From NCBI GenBank assembly GCA_030587475.2, contig JAUQYZ020000029.1, forward strand, positions 1 to 23,372: 23,372 nucleotides of DNA. The letters are read 5' to 3'. This stretch comes from Candidatus Sigynarchaeum calidifontis (lineage in GTDB: Archaea; Asgardarchaeota; Lokiarchaeia; Sigyniarchaeales; Sigyniarchaeaceae). The notes beneath the pieces are model-generated. The model had not been told where the DNA came from. It ran no database searches and worked only from the letters and a program-made list of their open reading frames with translations. Position numbers and translations under genes: made by a program. Within the stretch, counting starts at the first letter, position 1. Each line of letters opens with the position of its first letter. Positions 16,540 to 23,372 of the stretch are shown here, one piece after another.

Positions 16540-18543
16540 GTGTCAAAATATCGGAAAAAGCGAACTGCAAGTGCTGAACAACCTCCCGTGGAACAAGATA
16601 ACGAGCGGCACGCACTTGGACAGTATTACACCCCTGCGATCGCTTGCGATCTCGTCTGCCGCCTTGTTATCGCTAGCAATACACGCAGTATCCTGGATCC
16701 GGCATGTGGCGATGGCGAATTCCTCGTAGCCGCGGCGAAGAGGTTTGCACGGCTCGATCGATCGCGTGATCCCGGCAATCACCTGCCCTCTAGTTTCCAG
16801 TTATACGGCATCGAGATCAACGGGGAGGCCAGTCGCAAAGCTTGTACCCGTCTCGAGCACACGTGTCATCCGAGCGGGAACATTGCTTTCAAGATAATAT
16901 CCGGCGATTTCTTCGATTTTTCTCCCGGCAAGTCCCCGTTTCCCGCTACGGTAGATGCGGTCATCGGAAACCCCCCCTATATCCGCCAGGAGCTGATCGA
17001 GGACAAGCATCGGGTCCGGGAACACCTCTCCAAGTCCACAGTAGACGAGAGATCCGACTTGTATGTCTACTTTTTCACGCGTGCCGAGCAATGGCTCGCT
17101 GATGGCGGGCGGATCGGGTTTTTAACGTCCGAGCGGTATCTCGACACGCAATATGGCCGTGGTCTCCAGCGATTCCTGCTCGATCATTTCGCGATCAGTG
17201 CAGTGATCGGGTTTGACAAGCAGCTCTTCGCCGACGCCTTGATAGGCACGGTCATCACCATCCTGGAAAAGATTTCTAGTGAAAAGGAAAGATCCGATCA
17301 TCTCGCCCTTTTCTTGCGCGTGAAACGTGCCGTGAACTTGGACGAGCTTGCCGGCGCGATAAACGCGCCGCGATACCATCCAGGCTTCGAGGAAAACGAC
17401 GCGTGGAACGCCGTGCTCGTGCCTCAACACGTGCTGGCACGTGCCGACAAGTGGCGTCCGTACTTGTTCGCACCTCCCATCTTTTTCGAGCTGCAACACT
17501 CGCCCCGGCTCGTCGAGCTCGGCGAAATCGCGGCGATCCGGCGTGGCATCACGAGCGGGGCAAATCGATTCTTCTACCGGCGGGAGGCCGAGTTTAAAAC
17601 GCTCGAAACCATGTATCCAGGCTTGAAACGGTACTTCCGACCACTCTTGAAAGCGATCGGGCAGACCGATTGGCTGCAAGTGATGGAAGGCGATACAGAT
17701 TGGTACGTGCTCGACGTGCACCATCTTGTTGTTGAATACTTTGCGTCACGCACTGCCGGAATTGCGCCGACATTCCAGGAGCATGGCCTAGCAATGGCGG
17801 TAAGGCAGTGGTTATCGGCCAATGGCCACGGCTCCCTCGCCAGGTACATCGAGGACGCGGAGACCGGCGGGGCGTTTGCATCGAAAGGGGTGAAAATCCC
17901 ACGCGAGAACGCGACGTGCGCGGGCCGGGCTATCTGGTTTGACCTCGGGAACTTGCTCAAGGGCGGCATCGGTTTTCCCAAGGAATACTGGTCGAAATTC
18001 ATCTGCCCGCTCATAGATCCCGAAATGGCGCTGGATAGCCGCGTGTACGTGGTCGTGCCCAGGGAATGGCCCAGTATGGATCCGCGGGTGGATAAATTGA
18101 AGGTTCTCGCGGCCTTGCTCAATTCCGACCTGACAGCGATCTTCTACGAGTGCCAGGGACGCGTCTATGCGGGCCGGGCGCTCGACCGGGCATCTTGCAT
18201 GGTCTACGAGGCCAACAAGCTCCGCGTCGTCGATCCGCGCCAGCTGGCCACGGATACTTTACTCGCCATCCAGGCAAGGTTCGACTCGCTCATCGCAGCC
18301 GAGCGGGCGTTGATACCACGCAAGACCCGGTCGACGCTGTTCGAGGCGAGCAGTCGGGCTTCTCACGGAGAAAAATCGAAGCGACTCGAATATCTCCGCT
18401 TGCGACAGGCGTTGAACGGCGCTATTCTCGATGCTCTGGGACTTTGCCATCGTGCCACAGAAATCCAAGCAAACGTCCAACAGCTCGTTGAAACGCGCCG
18501 GAAGCGTGGCTGGGATGATGTCCAGGTGTTGATAGAAGGATAG
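16540..18543 (+). CDS. N6-adenine DNA methyltransferase, gamma class (TaqI/Eco57I-like) with C-terminal target recognition region
   Basis: Motif X GQYYTP, I LDPACGDGEF, II GIEIN, III GDFF, IV GNPPY, V DLY, VI GGRIGFL. The C-terminal region has RRGITSGANRFF...LLNS. There is no N-terminal nuclease domain. Confidence 0.92.
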   Translation: MSKYRKKRTASAEQPPVEQDNERHALGQYYTPAIACDLVCRLVIASNTRSILDPACGDGEFLVAAAKRFARLDRSRDPGNHLPSSFQLYGIEINGEASRKACTRLEHTCHPSGNIAFKIISGDFFDFSPGKSPFPATVDAVIGNPPYIRQELIEDKHRVREHLSKSTVDERSDLYVYFFTRAEQWLADGGRIGFLTSERYLDTQYGRGLQRFLLDHFAISAVIGFDKQLFADALIGTVITILEKISSEKERSDHLALFLRVKRAVNLDELAGAINAPRYHPGFEENDAWNAVLVPQHVLARADKWRPYLFAPPIFFELQHSPRLVELGEIAAIRRGITSGANRFFYRREAEFKTLETMYPGLKRYFRPLLKAIGQTDWLQVMEGDTDWYVLDVHHLVVEYFASRTAGIAPTFQEHGLAMAVRQWLSANGHGSLARYIEDAETGGAFASKGVKIPRENATCAGRAIWFDLGNLLKGGIGFPKEYWSKFICPLIDPEMALDSRVYVVVPREWPSMDPRVDKLKVLAALLNSDLTAIFYECQGRVYAGRALDRASCMVYEANKLRVVDPRQLATDTLLAIQARFDSLIAAERALIPRKTRSTLFEASSRASHGEKSKRLEYLRLRQALNGAILDALGLCHRATEIQANVQQLVETRRKRGWDDVQVLIEG

Positions 18544-18612
18544 TCCAAGGAAACGTGTTATTTGATAAGCTTTTCTCGCGAGTTATTAAGCTAGGGTACA
18601 ATGATATAATCT

Positions 18613-19788
18613 ATGGGCATTGCACGGCGTCTCTTGAAGTGCTTGCTTGCACTGCTGCTTCTCTTCGGGGGATTTATCGGGCTGTCCTACTTGCTCGAGC
18701 TGGTGGGCGAGCCATTCCTCATAATGCCACGCCAGATTATGTTCGACTGGATAAGCTGGTTCGCGACGGGCTTGTTCCGTGATTGGATCGAGGAATATTA
18801 CATCTGTTTCGCAATCGTCTACCACGCGCTCGTTCCCGTGTTCTGCATCGGCATCAACATGGTCAAGAAGCGGGAATGGCGGTACCAAGGGACGATGATC
18901 TACCTCGGAACGCTCGTGGCATGGTCGGCGTTGATCATCTGGAACATTTTTTACACCCTCGTGGCCTTGATATTCTTGACAGACACAGTCCTCCCTGGCG
19001 GCGTCGTGCTGGTACTCCTCGGGGTGTACGCTCCCGTCGCGATTTCTTTCGGTTTCCTTTTTCTAGAAACAACGGCCGACGTGTTCATCTATCTCAAGGA
19101 TTGCTGGGGCGCCCGGAAGGATTACAATTCCATGACTTACGAGATCGTCAAGTGCGGTCGCTGCACTGACATCGTGATACACACGACCAATCCGAAGATC
19201 AAGGCCGCCGTCACTGCAGCGCCCATGATCCTCGTTGAACAAGCCTTGTACGAGCTCAACTACCGGCCGCTGAGCAACTACATCAAGTCCGTGCTGCATA
19301 TAATGGTCATCATGTTCGTGACGCACATCACGGGCTGGGTGCGGTCGCGCGCGCTGCTGTTCAAGCTCGTCGGCGTGAAGATCGGCGAAGGGTGCCACAT
19401 CAGCCAGTGGACGAAGCTCGACCCTATCCTGCCCCATTTCATCACCTTCGAGGAAGACAGCGGAACTGGCATGGATGCCATGATCTTGACGCACAATCTC
19501 ATGACCAGCTCCAAGTTCACGTTCCGGTTCGGTCCCGTGCGGTTAAAGGCACATTCACGTGTCGGGGCACGGGCTATCGTGCTGCCCGGTGTCGAGATAG
19601 GCGAGCACTCCATTGTCGGTGCGGGCGCCGTGGTCACGAAGGACGTGCCCCCGTATACCATCGTTGCCGGGAATCCGGCAAGGCCTATCCGGCGTATCGA
19701 CCCCGTGACCCTCGAGTCGTTACCGATCGAGGGTATCGAGAGGGATGATGTAAAGAACGCGCAAAAATCGCCCCTCGACAGTTACTGA
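18613..19788 (+). CDS. Hexapeptide-repeat (LbH) O-acyltransferase with N-terminal multi-TM domain (YvoF-like C-terminus)
   Basis: [44 protein letters not shown] is the classic LbH tail, and ILTH carries the catalytic His. There are about 4 TM helices in the first 160 aa. TTATTAAG lies 22 nt upstream. Confidence 0.88.
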   Translation: MGIARRLLKCLLALLLLFGGFIGLSYLLELVGEPFLIMPRQIMFDWISWFATGLFRDWIEEYYICFAIVYHALVPVFCIGINMVKKREWRYQGTMIYLGTLVAWSALIIWNIFYTLVALIFLTDTVLPGGVVLVLLGVYAPVAISFGFLFLETTADVFIYLKDCWGARKDYNSMTYEIVKCGRCTDIVIHTTNPKIKAAVTAAPMILVEQALYELNYRPLSNYIKSVLHIMVIMFVTHITGWVRSRALLFKLVGVKIGEGCHISQWTKLDPILPHFITFEEDSGTGMDAMILTHNLMTSSKFTFRFGPVRLKAHSRVGARAIVLPGVEIGEHSIVGAGAVVTKDVPPYTIVAGNPARPIRRIDPVTLESLPIEGIERDDVKNAQKSPLDSY

Positions 19789-19844
19789 TGGCACGTGATG
19801 GAAGTAAAAGTCACGAAATGCTCGGATGTTGTCGGACGTGGCAA

Positions 19845-21290
19845 CTAGAAAAGATCGAGGGCATTTTTGAAAACGACACCCACCTTCCTTATATCTGAAG
19901 GATTCAAGTGGGAGTTCACGATCTCCCGCCTGTATTTGCTCCGAAAATTGCGGTAAAGCGCCCGGGACAAGTATGAAGGCCGGAGAAAGATACCCGGGAA
20001 ACGCTCGTTTACCAAGCGCTTCAAGGCCTTCCGTTGCATGATGGTGCCGGGGAGGTCGATGACATCCACGCCTTTCTCCCAATGCAATTCCTCGTCGAGC
20101 ACGTGTTTTCTAGCGAGATCGTTGAAAAGGGGCGTGCCTGGCAGCGCTCGTGTAAGGATTAATTGCGGAAAATCGATGTCGAGCGTTTTGATGAAGTTGA
20201 TGGTCTGGAGAACTTCTTGGTACGTCTCGTCCGGTGCACCGATCAAGAATGCACCGATGATCACGTCGATCCCGCCCTTTCTTGCCAGCTTGACAGCCTT
20301 TTCGCTCATGGCAAGGGTGATTTTCTTGTTATAATAGTCCAGGAGCCGTTGAACTCCGCTTTCAAAGCCAAGCATCAACGCGGTGAAGCCCGCGGTCGCC
20401 ATATGACGATACAAGTTGAGATCGCTGTGGTTCACGCGACCGTCCGTCGTGAAGAACATGTCCATTCTTTCCTTGCGGATCTTCTGGCACAGTTCGATAA
20501 CCCGGTTCTTCTTTAACGTGAAATTGTCATCGACGAGGATGATATCCTTGTAACCCATGCTACCAAGTTCACAAATTTCCTTGAACACGTTATCGACGGA
20601 TCGTGCTCGGAATGAGCCTTTCGTGAATGTCGTGCAAGCGCAAAAGGTGCATGCATAAGGACAGCCCCTCGATGAAATCATTATGGTAAACTTCCGCTTG
20701 GACAGCTCCACGCCGCACATCCTGTTTTTATAGATGTCGGGCAAGAGCTTGCGATCTGGAATCGGAAGCGTGTCGAGATCCTTCGTCAACGGGCGATCCG
20801 GGTTCTCCTTGATGGTGCTCGCCGTTCGGAACGAGATGCCCGGGATTCCATCGAGCGGCCGTCCTCTCTCCCATGCTTCCATGAGCGCCGTGAAAGTCTC
20901 TTCCCCTTCACCACGGACGCATGCATCGAGCCATGGATATTGTTCGAGCATTTTTCTCGCATAAAACGTGGGAAGATAATTTCCGAACACGATTTTCAAA
21001 TTTGGATCTTCCGCCTTCATCTTGGCGGCGAGTACCTTGGCATTCTTGACCGATTCGCTTAATATGGTGAAACCAACAACATCTGGATTCACGTGTCTCA
21101 CGTGGTCAAGGATCTTTTCGTCACTCCATCCAAACGTCGCTTGATCGATGATGCGCACGTCATGGCCATGTTGAATGGCATAGGTGGCCACGTAAAGCAA
21201 ACCCAGGGGCGGTGCTGACCTGGAAAAGGCCGCTTCGTCTCTATTTGCATTACAATTTTCGGGTGCAGCGCTGAGAAGAAGTGCTTTCAT
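19845..21290 (-). CDS. Cobalamin-binding radical SAM protein (class B-like)
   Basis: PPLGLLYVA, PDVVGFT, RGEGEET, SRGCPYACTFC (CX3CX2C), DDNF, GFESG, PGTPL. ATG 21290 (MKALLL) is preferred over TTG 21368. Confidence 0.93.
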   Translation of the reverse strand: MKALLLSAAPENCNANRDEAAFSRSAPPLGLLYVATYAIQHGHDVRIIDQATFGWSDEKILDHVRHVNPDVVGFTILSESVKNAKVLAAKMKAEDPNLKIVFGNYLPTFYARKMLEQYPWLDACVRGEGEETFTALMEAWERGRPLDGIPGISFRTASTIKENPDRPLTKDLDTLPIPDRKLLPDIYKNRMCGVELSKRKFTIMISSRGCPYACTFCACTTFTKGSFRARSVDNVFKEICELGSMGYKDIILVDDNFTLKKNRVIELCQKIRKERMDMFFTTDGRVNHSDLNLYRHMATAGFTALMLGFESGVQRLLDYYNKKITLAMSEKAVKLARKGGIDVIIGAFLIGAPDETYQEVLQTINFIKTLDIDFPQLILTRALPGTPLFNDLARKHVLDEELHWEKGVDVIDLPGTIMQRKALKRLVNERFPGIFLRPSYLSRALYRNFRSKYRREIVNSHLNPSDIRKVGVVFKNALDLF

Positions 21291-21386
21291 TGCTCGTGGC
21301 TCGTGTCTTGAATGCTTATTCGACAGAATGAATTGATTAAAATCTATCCATTCCCCCGAATGATCCAACGATCGAGGAAATGAACT

Positions 21387-21426
21387 AAAAAAAGGGGGCT
21401 TGAGAAACTTATCTAGAAAAAAAGGG
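21387..21426 (-). terminator. Two tandem CCC-T7 archaeal-type terminators after the GT2 gene
   Basis: A7GGG occurs at 21387-21396 and 21417-21426 on the plus strand, 30 nt apart, directly downstream of the GT2 stop. Confidence 0.65.
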
Positions 21427-21442
21427 TGAATTTATAAAAGGA

Positions 21443-22849
21443 TTATGCAGTCGCAGCGACCGCCGGAGCAGAATCTTCTATCAAAGTTTTATCATTCGCC
21501 AGATCATCTATTTCCTCTTTAGACATGGACAAGAGCTGTGGCGTCTGTTCCCAACTGATGTTCTTGGGCAGATGAGTCGATAAGCTCATCATGAACGCGT
21601 GAATCTTAAGGAGGGTGCCGAAGCGAAGCAATCCCTTAAAGTTTCCCTCGCAGTACCGTCGGATGCTTCCAAGGAACCAAGTCGCGTGGAATACATAGCA
21701 CAAGGCTGCCCAGCCGAGCAAGTACCATTCCCCGATCGCCGCGTAGACCCCCACAAAGATGAGCGTGATGACGCTCCAGATGGAGATGTTGCCGAGAAAC
21801 TGCATCGAGAGGAACCGCCCGAGCATCTCCTTCGGCCCAGCGGGCTTGCCATCGACCTTGAGCTTGAGCAGTTTCGGGATGTCGCCCGTGAAACCGCCGA
21901 CCCACCGGGTCCGCTGCTTCACCATGATATCCCATTCCGATGGCACCAGCTCGTACACGATGGAATGCGGCACGAACTTGATCTTCATGTTATGGGCGTT
22001 CATGAGCGAGGAGAGGTAAACATCCTCCGTGAGCGAAGTCTCGTCGAAACCATTGAACTTGCGGATGACGTCCATGCGCACGCCCATGTTCCGGCCGTAG
22101 AGCCAGCAATTTTTGCCCAACTTGTTCGAGACCTCGAAGTGCGTGTTCCCGCCCGAGATGACGGCGTAGTCGAGCAAGATCGCTTGGGTGAGCTTGTTCT
22201 TGTCCCAGTTCTTGACCACGATCGCCCCTTGTACCGCCTTGACCTTCTCGTCCTTGAGCGGTGCAACGAGTTGCTTGATCGTATCCGGCTTGAGGATGCT
22301 GCCCGCGTCGTAAAGGACGAGGATCTCGTTTTTCACGCTCTTGAGCCCGTAGTTCAAGGCTGTTGGCTTGCCGGGCTTCGGCAAAGGGTCGGAAAGGTTC
22401 AGCCAGTCGATGCCCGGGTGCTCCTTGAAATACTTCTTGCACAAGTCCTCAGAGCCATCGGAAGAGTTGCTCGTGATCACGATGACTTGCATCTTGTCTT
22501 TCGGATAATCCGATGCAACAAGGGAGTCAAGCGTTCTTTTCAACAAGGGAGCTTCATCCTTCGCTGCAATGATGATGCTGATAGACGGCGTGATGAATTC
22601 CTTCGTCTGCTTGTTAGGCTCGAGCACGGCGAGGGCTGCCACGCCATAAAACGTGGTCAAGCCGACCAGGGGCATCAGCGCGATGAATGTCCCCAAGTTC
22701 TGTTGATTGGCGTTGTAATCCGTGAACAAGTCATGAAAACTTGGCCAGTACACGTAAGAATGCAATCCGGTGAACTGGAATGCCCAGGACCACAACGCAA
22801 AGATCCCGAGCACTATCAAGGAATAACTCACGATTTTCAGCACGTTCAT
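21443..22849 (-). CDS. Membrane glycosyltransferase family 2 (D, D, TED, QxxRW type)
   Basis: SIIIAAKDE, SDG, GKPTALNYG, YDA (degenerate DxD), LTEDV, QRTRWVGG. Two N-terminal and 2-3 C-terminal TMs. SD GGAG precedes the ATG. Confidence 0.92.
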   Translation of the reverse strand: MNVLKIVSYSLIVLGIFALWSWAFQFTGLHSYVYWPSFHDLFTDYNANQQNLGTFIALMPLVGLTTFYGVAALAVLEPNKQTKEFITPSISIIIAAKDEAPLLKRTLDSLVASDYPKDKMQVIVITSNSSDGSEDLCKKYFKEHPGIDWLNLSDPLPKPGKPTALNYGLKSVKNEILVLYDAGSILKPDTIKQLVAPLKDEKVKAVQGAIVVKNWDKNKLTQAILLDYAVISGGNTHFEVSNKLGKNCWLYGRNMGVRMDVIRKFNGFDETSLTEDVYLSSLMNAHNMKIKFVPHSIVYELVPSEWDIMVKQRTRWVGGFTGDIPKLLKLKVDGKPAGPKEMLGRFLSMQFLGNISIWSVITLIFVGVYAAIGEWYLLGWAALCYVFHATWFLGSIRRYCEGNFKGLLRFGTLLKIHAFMMSLSTHLPKNISWEQTPQLLSMSKEEIDDLANDKTLIEDSAPAVAATA

Positions 22850-22882
22850 GTTTTTATCTCCGTTTACTTGCTTGGTACTAGA

Positions 22883-23372
22883 TCATTCATGTTTCTCTTG
22901 AATCGCAGCATCCATTTTTTTCAGTTCCGACCAAACGAAGCGGAACGAGATCACGGTGCAAATCACCATGATCACGAAAAAGGCCAGGTTGAAATAGGCC
23001 ATTATCCAATTGAGGATCGCCGTATAATAGGCGACGAAGCCCGGATCGATCGACGGGCCGCTCGCGCCGATCACGATGAGGTCGATCAAGCAATTCACCC
23101 CGAACCCCCAGAACGCACCACTTTCTAAAAGGATCCTCACGGGGCGCTCGGCAAGGAGGGCCTTTATCTTGACCATTCCGAGCTCGTAATGCTTTGCACG
23201 GGCGTATTCATACAAGAACACGAGAAAGATGTTCGTCCACGCGAGCCACCTGAAATCCAAACCAGCGTCAACAATGATCAAGTACCCGCCAGGGATCAAG
23301 CAAACCAACAGCAAGGTGTCGCTGACGCGATCGAGCACGCCATCTTCCCAAGCACCGCTTTTCGACTTCTTT
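22883..23372 (-). CDS. CDP-alcohol phosphatidyltransferase (archaetidylinositol-phosphate synthase/PgsA-like), 5' end outside the window
   Basis: The frame is open to the window edge and reads KKSKSGAWEDGVLDRVSD, matching the G-x3-D-x3-D-R-x2-D half of the CDP-AP signature. EYARAK...ERPVR resembles the SYxRAR...ERxER motifs of the AIP/PIP synthase type. Confidence 0.85.
   Translation of the reverse strand, partial: KKSKSGAWEDGVLDRVSDTLLLVCLIPGGYLIIVDAGLDFRWLAWTNIFLVFLYEYARAKHYELGMVKIKALLAERPVRILLESGAFWGFGVNCLIDLIVIGASGPSIDPGFVAYYTAILNWIMAYFNLAFFVIMVICTVISFRFVWSELKKMDAAIQEKHE

Noticed and set aside
19845-21290. Radical SAM as anaerobic sulfatase maturase
   Set aside because: It has an N-terminal B12-binding domain and no Cys-rich SPASM domain, so it is not anSME-like.
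21599-23128. 509-aa plus-strand ORF
   Set aside because: Antisense shadow of the GT2 and CDP-AP genes.
1-23372. CRISPR arrays, tRNA/rRNA, transposases, integrases, tandem repeats
   Set aside because: None were seen. Intergenic gaps are short and show no repeat-spacer periodicity.

Overview
GC-rich, gene-dense prokaryotic window with about 18 real CDS. It is very probably archaeal: TATA-like boxes sit 21-23 nt upstream of many ATGs, and there are oligo-T terminators. The gene content resembles saccharolytic Asgard/Lokiarchaeia-type genomes, but the taxon is inference. The left two-thirds is a carbohydrate/nutrient-scavenging region: two GH29 alpha-L-fucosidase paralogs, a Cys-type sulfatase, a Wzx/MOP-like flippase, a secreted FN3-metallophosphoesterase, a nucleoside hydrolase, a PAS histidine kinase, a 5'-truncated GH18-like remnant, a DUF4185 (GH183-like) glycosidase with a GPH/MFS sugar transporter, a tandem GNAT and an MtaA/UroD-thioredoxin fusion. 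An orphan N6-adenine DNA methyltransferase follows. The right end holds the best candidate for an undescribed system, a putative membrane-lipid tailoring locus: CDP-alcohol phosphatidyltransferase, membrane GT2, B12-radical SAM and a membrane-fused YvoF-like O-acetyltransferase. I found no rRNA, tRNA, CRISPR array or mobile element. All family calls come from motif recognition by eye, without database searches.
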